Source: a virus
IMG/VR virus record: IMGVR_UViG_3300031578_000004
Span: 1 to 64,000 of that record
Direction: 5' to 3' (one strand)
DNA: 64,000 nucleotides
The notes under the pieces are model-generated. The model was not told where the DNA came from and searched no databases. It was given only the letters and a program-made list of their open reading frames with translations. How positions within the stretch are numbered: the first letter of the stretch is position 1; each line of letters starts with the position of its first letter. Shown here one piece after another: positions 34,243 to 47,200 of the stretch. Made by a program: the position numbers and the translations under genes.

Positions 34243-35427
34243 TTAATCTTCGCCTAGTGCATCTAACCAAGATGTATCTTCTTCAGGTTCTTTTTTATCT
34301 ACGTCAAATGGCACTTCTCCATCCTCGTCATCCTCATCATCTTCAAGCATAAAATCAAATATTAAATCTTCATCTTTATATTTTTCTTCTTCTTTTAGTA
34401 TAATTGGTTTCTTATTATCATCTTCGCCAACCATTTTAATAGTAGGTCTACGAATAATCATTCTTTTTTCTTTAGTACCTCCAACAGCAAGTTTATTAAC
34501 TGCATCTTCCATTGTGTAAGCACCCATCTCAATTAATTCCATAATATCAGCAGGTATATCTTTTTCAGTGATATTTACTAATGATTGACCTTCTACTATA
34601 TCACCTTCAAGAGTTATTTCTGTATAACCCTTCTTAACCTTTAGTATTTTGTCAATAAACTTCTTAGTGTTTTCTGGATTCTTTTTATCTACTTCTAGGT
34701 CAAAAATCTTACTAAAAGCAATATTCTGTTTAACTAATTTGTCGTTATATTCTTTTATATAATCAACTATTCTAACTTTAATAGGATATAACGCTTTATC
34801 CTTATCTAACTTGCCAACACAATCTTTATTAATTAATACAGTTTGTGTAAACGTTGCCTTATACCTAGATGAATCGTCTACTTTTGATAAGAATATACTC
34901 TTAATTTCTTTTGATGCTTGAGTAACATCATTATAAGTTTTATATTTAAACTCACCCTTAACATTAATAACCATTCCACTTTCAAGATGCTCTTTTACAT
35001 ATTCAATTGCATCATATGCTGATAAAAATTTCTTAGCATATACTTTATCTTTCTTATCTTTTTCTAATCCAACAGTTATAAAGCATTTTTCACCTAGCGT
35101 TTCAAGTATATCTTCATCAAATCTGTCTTCCCAAGCTATTGTAAATCTGTTTTCAAAATCATCTACATCTTTGTCATTGTTATTCTTTTTCTTACCATGA
35201 ACATATAATACATTCTCTCTATCTGAGCCATATCCACCCATTAAGTCAGCATAGACTACATTACCATTTCCACAATCAACACCTAAGTTTAATTGATTCC
35301 AAATCCAATCTGACTTCTTGGAAGTTTCATCAATCTTAAATGTAAAATCTGTAATCTTAGCTTCACCTATAAACTGAAATAGTGATTGACCTTTCTTTAG
35401 TGGTTTTTTTACTTCTTGTTTAGCCAT
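34243..35427 (-). CDS. Putative single-stranded DNA-binding protein
   Basis: beta-rich, very acidic C-terminal tail (DDEDDEDGEVPF), heads the replisome cluster. Confidence 0.55.
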   Translation of the reverse strand: MAKQEVKKPLKKGQSLFQFIGEAKITDFTFKIDETSKKSDWIWNQLNLGVDCGNGNVVYADLMGGYGSDRENVLYVHGKKKNNNDKDVDDFENRFTIAWEDRFDEDILETLGEKCFITVGLEKDKKDKVYAKKFLSAYDAIEYVKEHLESGMVINVKGEFKYKTYNDVTQASKEIKSIFLSKVDDSSRYKATFTQTVLINKDCVGKLDKDKALYPIKVRIVDYIKEYNDKLVKQNIAFSKIFDLEVDKKNPENTKKFIDKILKVKKGYTEITLEGDIVEGQSLVNITEKDIPADIMELIEMGAYTMEDAVNKLAVGGTKEKRMIIRRPTIKMVGEDDNKKPIILKEEEKYKDEDLIFDFMLEDDEDDEDGEVPFDVDKKEPEEDTSWLDALGED

Positions 35428-35621
35428 TATATATGTATCCTCCTAATATTCTATTATTATTTTTATAGTTATCATTCTTTATATTGCATTGTTCCTTATA
35501 ATTCAGTATATTTTATTTTAATAGGTGGACTTTTAGCTCTACGGATAACTTTACGTATGCCCTTCTTGAACTTTATACTTATCAACTCCTTATAATTATT
35601 TTAAAATTTCAATATTCTATC

Positions 35622-38146
35622 CTAACACAACTCTAACCATCTAATGCTAAAATTATAATCACTACCTACTAAATAGTAACTAGCATCACTATCAGTACCA
35701 AAATACCTATCCACAATAAATTCTTTATCAAACATTTCATTTAACTCATATTGAGGTATTCCAGATTCATACTGTGTTGTAGTTGTTTTAACTTTTACTT
35801 TTTCTCCAACTTCGATTAATTCCATAATATCTCCCTCTTAATTAACCATATAATCTTTTATATCACTAGCTCTCCTATGTCTAGCCATTTGAACGTTTAC
35901 ATCAGCCTTAAATCTGCCTTCTTTATTCTGTATTACCTGTCTCATCTTATGTACTGATATAATTGATAAATCCATAATATGTAAATCCTTTAAATCTTTT
36001 GCACCAAGTTCTTCACAACACTTCAAATACAATGTCGTATCATTTGCTCTAGTCTCTGGATAATATTCTAATGTGTGTTCTACAAGGTCTTTAATTGTAT
36101 TTAGGTGATTGGTTATTGAATTTATTGTAGTCGTATTTGTGTTTGTGTTAATGTTTGTAACCTCCTTATTCATTTAGTTTTATATTTCTCTTTTATATTT
36201 TTTATAATTTAAAGTGAAATTCTCCGCACTCAATCCCTACAGCCATCTTTCAAACTGAGCTAAGTCATAGATGGATACGATTTTTTCATCACTTAGGGAC
36301 TTTCCCTATCTATTGTATTAAACTTCAACCACTTCATCAGTAACTAATTGACATTGTAATTTTGTATTCTTTATATTTGTTCTCACTATGTAATATTGAT
36401 TCAAATGTTTATAATATGGATAACCAAACATATTTGCCTCAATCATTAAATGCTCATTTGTTACTGCTTCATTCTTTAGTATGTAATTGCTATTAATTCT
36501 TCTTATCATATGTATCTCCTATATAACGTCAAATCTATATGTAGAATTTTCTGTATACACCCAAATTCCTCCATCTGTCTCTTCAAACTTTTCTACGTAT
36601 GAAGTTCTCATTGCTTTACCTTTTAATTCTTCTGAATCATACTCAAACCACATTGGAGTATTTATTTCTAAATAGGATATTAAACCAGTTCTACCTATTG
36701 TATGTTGAGCAGATTCTTTTGGAGTCTTTGCATCCTTTTCATAAACAGCACCTATTATGTATCTTTGTTGCATGTTTTCCTCCTTACTATTTTTATATTA
36801 TTTGTTATTACTTATTAAGTATATCACAGATTTGTAGCGTGTCAATATGTAGTTTTATAGTTTTTATTCTTCATCTAACAAATATTTATAACTATATAAT
36901 TCTTCATTTAATTCATCCGCCCAAGTAATTAAATCATCAATTTTTACATTTTCAGATACAAAAATTGAATATTCATGTATTGCTCTACTTAATTCTTGTA
37001 TTCTTAATAATTTATGTATTCTTTTAGGGGTTACACCCAATGGTGGTTTATTCATCAAAATAATTTCCTCCTTTTCCTATAAAATCTCCATACTGAAGTT
37101 ATTTTATAATCAACAATGGGATGATATAGAGAGGAATTACCAGAGTAACCCATTTTCTATAGTCCCATTGTTGTTCTCATTTATTATTCTTCCTCTTCAA
37201 TATCCTCTTCAACATTCCTATTTAACCAATCACAATACTTCTTACATTCTTCTTTTGAACTAAACAACGTGTCATCAAGGTCTGAAGCCACCGATTCATC
37301 AAATACATTAACAAGTTGAGTAAATTCCAGTTTGTTCCATCTATAATCATCGCCACTTCTATCTTGATATTTTGGAGTAATACCAAATTTCTTTTCATAA
37401 CTGTCTGATTTATATAAGTTTAATATTTGTATTACAGAATGTTTAGGTACATAATAAGCATAATTTTTCAAACATAAACAATCTTTTTGTACAATATCAC
37501 CTTTTAGAGAAGTATATGTAACCTTTCTATTTTCGTCACAATCTTTACATTTTCTTTTCATTTTATATGTATGTACTGCATAATATCCACTATATTGCTC
37601 TTCAAATGGTTTTAATAATTCTGAAAACTTCTTACGGTAGAAGTTACTTTCTAGGCTACTTTCTAATGTCTTTTCTCTAGCATCTAACACCCTTTGTTTT
37701 TGCTCTACTTGATTTTGTGAATCTCTTAATTTTTTATTTTCCTCTTTAAGCCTTGTATTCTCAGATTTAGTATTTTCTATACTAGACTTAACACTGTCTA
37801 ATAAAGCATCCTTCATTTTCTGTTGATACTCTATTAGTATCTCATCGGCTACAGTTGGTTCGTAATATGGTTCATTGTTGTAATCATCTTCGTAAAACAT
37901 TATTTATCTTTCCTCCCTAATAATATTATTTATTTAATATATCTTATCACTTAACCTATCAACTAATTCATATATTTCTTTTATTTCTGACAGAGCAGTA
38001 AGTGGTTCTAGTTTGTCTTTTATCTCATTTAGATAACATTCTATATCATTAATAGTGTCTTTTGCATCTTCTAGTGTTATATAAGTTATTCCATCAAAAT
38101 CTATACTATCTCGCTCTAAGTCTTTTCTAAATTCACCTTTTGACAA
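35622..38146 (-). other. Cluster of small hypothetical genes
   Basis: Co-oriented ORFs with RBS. Confidence 0.65.
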
Positions 38147-38208
38147 TTGATTTCTCCTTTCTTTTTATATGTTTATATTAATTATGTATCAGATAGTAGA
38201 GAAGGGAA

Positions 38209-40233
38209 TTAACCCTTTCTCCCTATCATTTCATTAAACTGTTGCTCTGTAATTATAGGTACTCCCACTTCTTTAGCTTTTTGATTTTTACCAGACACAG
38301 AAGTAATATCACTATTTATTAAATATGCTGTATTCTTTGATACACTTCCTGATAACTTCCCATTGAGTGAAATTATTAAGTCCCCTAATTCATTCCTATT
38401 CTTATAGGTTGTGACTTCACCAGTAACTACAAACGTTTTACCTGTTAAATCTGTTAGTGTATTATTAACTTTCTTTTCTTCTTGAATAATCTCAAGTTCT
38501 TCAATTAAATAAATCCACATTCTTGATTCATTTTTATCCTTATACCATTTATTAATTGACTCACTTGTAATACTACCGAAATCCTCTAATTTACTAAAAT
38601 TAAATCCAAAACTACAAGCTCTTAAAAATTCTTGTAAATTATTATTAAAATATTTCGCAATTGTTTTACTTGACGAAACACCTATATTTGGTATTCCTAA
38701 AGCATATATGAAGCTACTTAATTTAGCTTTTCTTGATTTATCTATGGCTTGAATAAGTTTATTATAACTTCTATCTCCCCAGCCTTCTAATTCAAGGATT
38801 TCACACTTATAATCTTCGAGACCGTAAATATCATCAAAATATTGTATAAAACCTTTACTGATAAACAATTCAATTCCTGCTTCAGAGAATCCATCTATAT
38901 TCATTGCATTCTTTGAACAGAAATGCACAACTTTATTAATCAACTTAGCAGGACAATTATCATTTTCACAGAATAAAAATCTTGCTTCTTTAGGTCTTCT
39001 AATAATAATATTACTTTCACATGAAGGACAATGCATATCTATTTTATAAGCACCAGAACGAGTTAGGTTATCTTCTATTTGAGGAATTACTGCATTGGCT
39101 CGATAAACCGTAACTATATCTCCTACACCTAATTCTAGTTCTTCAAATATATCATAATTGTGTAAACTTGCCCTTGATACTTCTACTCCATCAATATTAG
39201 TAGTATCAAATAATCCTGTAATTGAAACCATTCCTGTACGAGTAGTATTTAATTCTACCCCTCTAAATATTGTTTCATTTGTTTCATCAATCCACTTGAG
39301 AGCAAACATATTTTTGGTATGATGTCCTGTAAGACCTTGCATTTTACCATATATTATATCATTAAATTCAAATATCAATCCATCTGTCAGATAATCAAGT
39401 GTTTCAATTTGTCTTTTAAAATAACCAATTGCATTATTTATATTGTTATTAGTAACATCTACACTTTCAACTACATCAAATCCTAAAGATTTTAAAAATT
39501 CAAACTGTAGATTTTTATATAGGATATAATTATCACACTTTACAATTCCAAATGTTATAAATATAAGATTTCTATTCTTCGTAATTGTAGCATCTAATTG
39601 TCTTACGCTTCCTGCTGCCAAATTTCTAGGACTTGAATAAGGCTCTTCGCCTTTAGCTATTAATTCAGCATTTATTCTTTCAAAATCTTTAAATGTAACT
39701 AATCCTTCTCCACGAATTTCAAGATAGTTTTTATATTCTATTGTTAAAGGAATATTAGTAAAAGTTCTTACGGTGTGTGTTACATCCTCGCCGATATCAC
39801 CCCCACCACGTGTAATTGCTTGTAGAAACTTACCATCAATGTATTTTAATACCAACGTTAAACCGTCTAACTTCCATGATAATACACAATTTTGATTGCC
39901 CATGAATTTAATTACATCAGTTATATCTTTTGATTTCTCTGCTGATAACATAGGTTCTGTATGTTGTACTTTTGTTAGACTATCTATTATTTCACCTTGA
40001 ACCTTTTGAGTTGGTGATGAAGACATAATATAGTTTGTTTGTTGCTCAAGTGTTTCTAATTCTGAATATAACTTATCATATTCTTTATCTGTAATTTCAG
40101 GCTTATCTTGAGTGTAATATAATTTACTATGATAATTACAAAGTTTAATTAACTCTTGAATCCTTTTAATATTTTCCATATATATTCCCTCCTTCTTAAT
40201 AATTGTCATAGTATCTATATAGACTAGACACAC
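38209..40233 (-). CDS. ligA: NAD-dependent DNA ligase (true start probably 40179)
   Basis: KLDG, TRGGG..GEDVT, EIRGE, PRNLAAGS, Zn finger, BRCT. Confidence 0.95.
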   Translation of the reverse strand: MCLVYIDTMTIIKKEGIYMENIKRIQELIKLCNYHSKLYYTQDKPEITDKEYDKLYSELETLEQQTNYIMSSSPTQKVQGEIIDSLTKVQHTEPMLSAEKSKDITDVIKFMGNQNCVLSWKLDGLTLVLKYIDGKFLQAITRGGGDIGEDVTHTVRTFTNIPLTIEYKNYLEIRGEGLVTFKDFERINAELIAKGEEPYSSPRNLAAGSVRQLDATITKNRNLIFITFGIVKCDNYILYKNLQFEFLKSLGFDVVESVDVTNNNINNAIGYFKRQIETLDYLTDGLIFEFNDIIYGKMQGLTGHHTKNMFALKWIDETNETIFRGVELNTTRTGMVSITGLFDTTNIDGVEVSRASLHNYDIFEELELGVGDIVTVYRANAVIPQIEDNLTRSGAYKIDMHCPSCESNIIIRRPKEARFLFCENDNCPAKLINKVVHFCSKNAMNIDGFSEAGIELFISKGFIQYFDDIYGLEDYKCEILELEGWGDRSYNKLIQAIDKSRKAKLSSFIYALGIPNIGVSSSKTIAKYFNNNLQEFLRACSFGFNFSKLEDFGSITSESINKWYKDKNESRMWIYLIEELEIIQEEKKVNNTLTDLTGKTFVVTGEVTTYKNRNELGDLIISLNGKLSGSVSKNTAYLINSDITSVSGKNQKAKEVGVPIITEQQFNEMIGRKG

Positions 40234-40651
40234 TAATATCTCTTTCTATACTACCATCATATATTACATATGTATTGATTAACTTCCCACCTAGTCTTTC
40301 TATTTCATTTTTTATCGCATTTCTAGTCTTACCACTGTAAAAACTATCATCTATGAATATATAATCTTCAGTTTTTATTTTGTATTCTAAGTATGTTAAA
40401 TCTTTTATTTTTATATTCTTTCTTAGTCCACCACTTACAACTATAATATTGGGATGGCTACTAAACAAATTCTTAAAGAATACACCGAATTTACCAGATA
40501 CTATTATATTCTTTCTATCATGTTTTATAGAGTCAAATAAATCATATACTACTGGTATTTCTTGTATTGTTTTATCAAGATGGTCAAAGAATTTTTCTCC
40601 GCCTTTATGTTGCTCTAAACATTGTCTTACTATTTCGTCTAATAAATTCAA
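40196..40651 (-). CDS. Type I phosphoribosyltransferase-like protein
   Basis: YIFIDDSFYSGKT PRPP-binding loop. Confidence 0.7.
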   Translation of the reverse strand: MNLLDEIVRQCLEQHKGGEKFFDHLDKTIQEIPVVYDLFDSIKHDRKNIIVSGKFGVFFKNLFSSHPNIIVVSGGLRKNIKIKDLTYLEYKIKTEDYIFIDDSFYSGKTRNAIKNEIERLGGKLINTYVIYDGSIERDISVSSLYRYYDNY

Positions 40652-41469
40652 ATGTATTCCTCCTTTTATATAAATTATATCATAGATATTTAGCGTGTCA
40701 ATGCGTAATTTTATATTATTTGTTTATAATACTATATTAATTCCACAAAATCAGATGCTTTTACTATTTCAAGTAACAAATCAAATTTACTATTTCTTAA
40801 TTCTTCTACTTGCAAAATCACATATTGAGAACTTTCAATCACTCCCATATTTGTATTTGCAAAGTTTGAATCATGATGCACTTTAACTATTTTACTTTTG
40901 GGGTGAGACTTTACCATTCTTATGTCTCCTTTCTTATTTAGTCCACAAGTAATCTAAAAAATCTATATACTCATTAAGCTTCTCAATAGTAATTCTTTCA
41001 AAAGACTTTTCTTCCATTCTAAACTCATATTCACTACTTCTTATAAAGTCTAAATAATTTTCCACTGGCATTATAACTGAAAGAGTATCAAAATTACATC
41101 TTTGGTTTAACTTTTCTTGTACTGCTTTATCCATTTACAATCTCCTTACTCATACTCATTAACACATTCAATATCCTTCAATTCTTCTTTAGTCAAAGGC
41201 AATACATGTTGTTCTAATATATCAAAACCTCTGAAACTAAAATTATATTTATGTCCACATAAACGACAATACATATGGAATTCCTGACCATTTCCATCTG
41301 ATTCATAAAATTCTAAAGTGCCATCATCATTAATATAATATTCAGTATAAGTATTATCTTCAATCTTTAATACTAGCCTATTATCATCTTCATTTTCTTT
41401 ATAATACTTAATACAGTCTATATTCTTACATTTGAATTTTTTATTTATTTTCATAATTTCCTCCTTTTT

Positions 41470-42558
41470 CTAACTAATTTCAAACTTATAACGCTCATCG
41501 CTATCATCTGAATAGCTTTCAATATCACATATATCTTTACTCATGACCTGTTCAAAACTTACGTCATAATTTTTAATAATAAAGGTTTTAGCTTCTCCTA
41601 TGTTTTTAAAATCTTGTACGGCTACTTCTTTATCATCATAATCTTTTACAATTAATCTAATACCACTTAAAGTAATGTCTAACAAACTAATAATCTCTTT
41701 TACTTCAGCAACATTAGACCATTTTCTCAAAACAATATCAAAATCTTTGTTCTTTTTTAAATCTTGAATTTCTGACTCTTCAAGTAATTTAACACAATTC
41801 AAAGCAATATCATGTAAACCGCAATCTAACAACGCTATTATTACTTTAGTTTTATAATAATCATACTGTTTAAAATATTTAACTAAACCATTTTCAAGTA
41901 AATATCTTATATTTGTTTTAGATGCTGTACTAGTATCTTTTCTGTTGAAATTACTTTTTATTGTATTGTCATAATCATTGCTAAGTATTATATCTTTTAG
42001 TGAAATTTCAAATTCTGTAAATGTTTCTTTTATGTATTTAAAGTAGTCATACAATCTTATGTCATAACCTTCGTTTGCATATGAAAGATTCTCAAACATC
42101 TGAGATGAAAAATCCTCAAGTAATCTATCATTATACATTTCTTGAAATACCTCTTCTTTGTTTGCAAATTTCTTGACAACATCAAACTCTGAAACCTCAT
42201 AAATTACCCTTGTTAAATAACTATAATTATTTCTTACTTCGTTTGAAGCCAATGGTTTAATTTTATATATTATATAATTATCATAATCATATAAATAAGT
42301 TGTAAATGAAGAGTTATATATAGTGTCTAATGTAAATTTACAATTATATAAGTTACAATATCCAGAGTCTAATTGTTTAATTGTATCTTGTTGTTGTTTT
42401 AAGTTTTTATTTTTTTCTTTTAGTTCATCTGCTGACAACTTTTTCTTATCTTTCTGTGGTTTAAAATGATTTTCTCCATATTTACACAAAGTCAAATAAC
42501 AATTTTCAAGTGGTACTTTTACATTATATTTTTCTAGTGGTAATGAGTAAAAAGCCAT
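41470..42558 (-). CDS. Hypothetical protein (362 aa)
   Basis: Long ORF with no recognisable motif. Confidence 0.6.
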   Translation of the reverse strand: MAFYSLPLEKYNVKVPLENCYLTLCKYGENHFKPQKDKKKLSADELKEKNKNLKQQQDTIKQLDSGYCNLYNCKFTLDTIYNSSFTTYLYDYDNYIIYKIKPLASNEVRNNYSYLTRVIYEVSEFDVVKKFANKEEVFQEMYNDRLLEDFSSQMFENLSYANEGYDIRLYDYFKYIKETFTEFEISLKDIILSNDYDNTIKSNFNRKDTSTASKTNIRYLLENGLVKYFKQYDYYKTKVIIALLDCGLHDIALNCVKLLEESEIQDLKKNKDFDIVLRKWSNVAEVKEIISLLDITLSGIRLIVKDYDDKEVAVQDFKNIGEAKTFIIKNYDVSFEQVMSKDICDIESYSDDSDERYKFEIS

Positions 42559-42749
42559 TTATAATAACCTCCCCTGTTTATCATACGTAGTGTACTTATT
42601 TTTATTTTCTTCTTTCTTTTGTTCTAAAGTGAATAATTTTATCTTTAGTCTATTATTTAAATATGTAATATAGGCTTCAACCTCTAGTAGTATTAAGAAT
42701 ATTATAAAGAAAGTTAATATTGGATGCTCAAAACACCATTCTTTCATAT

Positions 42750-42938
42750 TTACTTCTCCTTTTTATTATCAGTGCAATAGAAACCGCCACCTGTAAAAAT
42801 TGTACCGATAGGCGTATATACTCTATCAGATGTAGCACTACAGTTTGGGCATTGTTCCACTTCACTATATTCAGATAGTTTTCTATCTACCTCAAAACAA
42901 CCACATCTATAGGGACATTTATAACGATATGTAGGCAT
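42750..42938 (-). CDS. FmdB-family zinc-ribbon protein
   Basis: MPTY.Y.C...CG..FE...CP.C...F.G.GFY.TD. Confidence 0.85.
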   Translation of the reverse strand: MPTYRYKCPYRCGCFEVDRKLSEYSEVEQCPNCSATSDRVYTPIGTIFTGGGFYCTDNKKEK

Positions 42939-43512
42939 ATATTTATACCTCCTATTTCTCTTTAACTGGAAATGTTTTATCTAATAAGATATTCATTTCT
43001 CTATAAATTTTTAAGAATTCATCTAAAGAAACTTCTTCTCTCTTCTTTACCTCATCTTCAACCATTACTTCATGTAGTCTAAAGAATGCCGACTTATAAT
43101 CAGAACGGAAGCATTTTAATACATTTACCCACTTTTTATATTCCTCTCCTATTTTAACTCCTTTGTTATCTTCATCATCTTTTTCGTCTTTTGTTCTTAT
43201 TTTAATTATTAACCTTTGAATAATTTTATTGCGACCATCCGATTCATCTATCCTATATGTATCCGTGATATTGATAATTGCTTTTGGTGTTTCGACCGTA
43301 AACCCCTTTTCTCTACCTCTTGTTTTCTTAGTTTGTTCTTTTTCAATATCTATATCTTCTTCTTGAACTTCATTATTAACTTTTTCTTTAACAGGTTTGG
43401 TATCCTTTTTTATATCTTTCTTTTGTTGTGTAGTATTTTTATTTATTTCAACTTTTGCCTTTGCCATATATTTACCTCCATATAATTTTATATTTATTCT
43501 ATATTTTATTAT

Positions 43513-43812
43513 CTACTTGCTTTTAACTAGGTTAACATCTGCAATTCTACCTTCAGAAACCTTAATACTGACAATATCTCCAGTTTCAATTTCTAAGAAG
43601 TCATATTTGCCGATTGCTCCAAGTGTCATACTCTCTTCATTTATGTATATTGTCTTGGTTGTATTACCTACTGAAGCAGTTACCTTATCACTATCTATTA
43701 ATATTATTGTTGCTTGATATTCTCCTTTGAGAGATTGTTGTGTGCAGGATGCTAGGGTTAGTGTTGTTAGTATTAAGGTTATTACTAGAATTATCGTTAT
43801 TAGTTTTTTCAT
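43513..43812 (-). CDS. Putative lipoprotein
   Basis: MKK, hydrophobic stretch, LASC lipobox. Confidence 0.65.
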   Translation of the reverse strand: MKKLITIILVITLILTTLTLASCTQQSLKGEYQATIILIDSDKVTASVGNTTKTIYINEESMTLGAIGKYDFLEIETGDIVSIKVSEGRIADVNLVKSK

Positions 43813-44589
43813 TATTTTTATATTCTCCTTTTTTATTATAATAAAGTTTCTAAATCTTCTATTATTTTAATTGTATTTACTAAATCTTCACTAAATCCAG
43901 ATGCTCTTAAAAACAATTTAAATTCATCTACTAGCAATTCAAAATCTGAATAATCTTCTATACACGCTGTTGTTAATGTTTTAGTCGTTAATGATTCTTG
44001 ACCAAATTCATCTGTATATGAAAAACTTATTTTTAACATTTTTTCTTCCATTTTTATATCTCCTTTTCCTGATTATTTCTCACTATCTCAAGTTGATTTT
44101 CTACATATTGCAAGTGCCTTTTTATCTCTAATATTTTTTCTTCTCCACAACATTCATCATCAGCTAAAAACTTATCAAGTAAATAACAAGATTCAAATCT
44201 ATCTGATTCTAAATAATTAGGGCATTTGCTTTTAATACACTTCATATATTACCTCCAAACTTGTCTTTTATTATAAATTAGTCCTCTTCATCTTCATCAT
44301 CGGTTGAATACTTGCAAAAATCTTCATCTCCTTCTAATATTTCTATAAACGCATTTTCAATAACTGATGCTTCAATAAATTTTACTTTCTTTAAACCATT
44401 GCCTCCAGTTAATAAATTTTTTAAATTGGACATCATCTAATTTCTTAATATCCTCAACCCAAAATTCTTTATTGCTAGGTATATGTATATATCTATCTCC
44501 TGCGTATTCAAAATTATTTTCTTTGAGAACTTTTATTCTTTTATCCCAATCCATACAAATCTCCCTTCACATAATTACTTGTATGTTGT

Positions 44590-46011
44590 CATAGTGTTAT
44601 TTGCTTCGCTATATTCTTGAATTGTGCAACTAAACTATTTTGCTAATTTTTTCATTTGCTATGTTGTAGTAACTTTCGTCTAATTCAATTCCTATAAAGT
44701 TTCTATTAATATTTATACAGGTCAACAACGTACTTCTCCCTCTTTTTCTTGCGTAATAACAAAACCTTTTATTTGTTCGAGTGTGAGTTCTCTGCCAAAC
44801 ATTTCAATCATTTTATCACCCCTTATATCGCAATATAATATATTTAGATAAATTAGCAAGTGCCTTTCTGTATTTTTCATTTTCTTCTATACAGGCAATT
44901 GCTGTTTCTAGTATGTCTTGCATTAATACACTGTTCATACTCCCATTCAAATCATTTATCTTGTTCTTTCGTAGGTATAATTCTAAATCTTTTTTGGTTT
45001 TCATATTACTAACCTCCCGCGTTATATATTCATAGTGTTCTTGATATGTGCATCAAGTATTTGAAAAATAAAATTATATTATATCCAAATACTTGAATAC
45101 GATTTTTATGTCCTATATATCCAATAACTACTAATCCGTTAATACTGTTACACATATAAGCACCTCCATGTCCGTCTATCTTTTTGGTAATCCATTCATC
45201 ATCGATATGTTTTTTCATAATTCTCCAACTTTCATTACTTCGCGTTATATATTCATAGTGTTCTTGATATGTGCAACTATTCTATCCATTCCAAATTAAG
45301 CAATGCCTTTTTCGCCCTTTCAAGGAACTCCTTGCCAACATACAGATTATGTTTCCCGTTTTCGTCTAACGGTTCAGACTCAAAAGCCTTAATTTGTTTT
45401 GATATAAAATCAAATCCTGCTTTACTCTTGATTTTTAATTCTTCATTTCTTCTATCCAATTCTGCTATTGTTGCAATTAAACTTAAAACAGTTGTATTCG
45501 CCCAATTGAATTGTGTTTCGGCTCTCGCTTTTATTTCTTGAATTTGTTTGTCTGTAAATATTATTTCACTCATTTTAAACCTCACTTTCTGCAAATTAAT
45601 GTTACGATTCAACTTTCCCGCTCAAGATAGACAGCCATTCCTCATTAGGATTTAACCACTCGCCCGCATTGACATAAAATTGAATGTGCAATCCAAGGTC
45701 TGCGTGCTTATCATAGTGTACTTCACCATCAAATACCCTAAATGTATGTTGTCCTCTAAACTCCCTTGTATCAGTATTAAAATGTAACTCGTAAACCAAA
45801 CTAATTTCATGTCCTCTTGCTACTTCAATTGCTTTTTTCAATGCATCATCAAATTTGTCATATAAGAAATAATCGAACTCACCATTTAACGTTACTAAGT
45901 ATTCAAACAATGGTTTTTCTGTCTTTTTCAGCATTGGGTATTTCACATTTTCACCTTCTTTTTATTACGTAGTTTTATTCAGATAGTGACACTATTTTCT
46001 TGAAATGTGTA
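44590..46011. repeat. Gene-boundary hairpin repeat, cluster 1 (about 44590-44630, 45018-45052, 45241-45277, 45968-46011)
   Basis: Shared TTCTTGAWWTGTG right arm and ATAGTG core; 45018-45052 and 45241-45275 are identical over 35 bp. Confidence 0.85.
44630..44740 (-). pseudogene. C-terminal fragment of a beta-class DNA methyltransferase
   Basis: Reads GRSTLLTCININRNFIGIELDESYYNIANEKISKIV* with no start. Confidence 0.7.
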
Positions 46012-47200
46012 GCATTATTTTAATAAAATTAAATTCTTTAACATAGTTAATCTCCTTTCTATATTTCCTCCAAATACCTATACCAAGGCAATTTTAATAA
46101 AAACTATCTTCAAATTGACTACAAATATCATCTGCTAAAGACTTAGCACCTTCCGCAATCTTATCATCTGTCATTATTTCTTTATTTTTATCAATAACCT
46201 CAAACCACAACTTATCACCATATCCATATAAAGAACATTCATCACCATAAAAATTTAATATATAAAATCCATATTGGCTATCGGTATAAGAATCACATTT
46301 GCAACCAGTTTTATATTTGCCAAACTTAACTTCTCTAGTTACCCAATCTTTCCATATACTTTTTACTTTACTACCTTCTATGACTTTTTATTGTTTTGGT
46401 CTAGTAGGTTTGTGTCTCTCATTTATATTCTCCTTTCTTAATTTTCACTCCTTTGATGGTCTTTTTATTTATTTTTATATTTATTCATAAAATAAAACTG
46501 TGGTATTACTATTAAAAAGAGTATCCAGAAACGTTGTGTATAGACACTTACTATGAATATCGCCATTAGGATAAAAGCACCTATAAGCATATCTCTTAGA
46601 AAAATCCAGTTCTTATTTTTAATATCGGTATACACTATGCTAAATAATATTACAAAAATCATTAGTGTATTTACTATAGGAATAATAGGTATATAATATA
46701 TTTCTTTCAAAACTTGCTTAAAAGTCTTTTGTTTACTAACTGGCATATACCATGCCATAATACATATCATAAATGATAGTAGATACATGAATAACCACGT
46801 TGTTATTAAATTTAACAATATTTTATTCCTCCTATAAATGTCTATTTTTATAAAACTTATAATCTAATCTAAGCATCAGTCTAAGTGTTTTAAAGGCATT
46901 TTCTTCAGAACTTCCAATTCTTATCATATATGTAATAAATCTTGAAATTAGTGATTCACAAGTAACTAAACTACCTATAACAACACCTAATAATATCCAC
47001 CATATAAACAAATTCTTCCTCCTTTATTTCACGACCAAATTGTTCTTCTATCTAAATTGAATTACTGATACCAATAATTAAAAATCCTAAGAATAAATCA
47101 TTTGACATACCTAATGTTAATCCAATTCTAAATTCATCAGTAGTTCCAATATAAGTAACCCAATTTCTAGTAATCCATTTTTCTAACCAAAACTTTTTCA

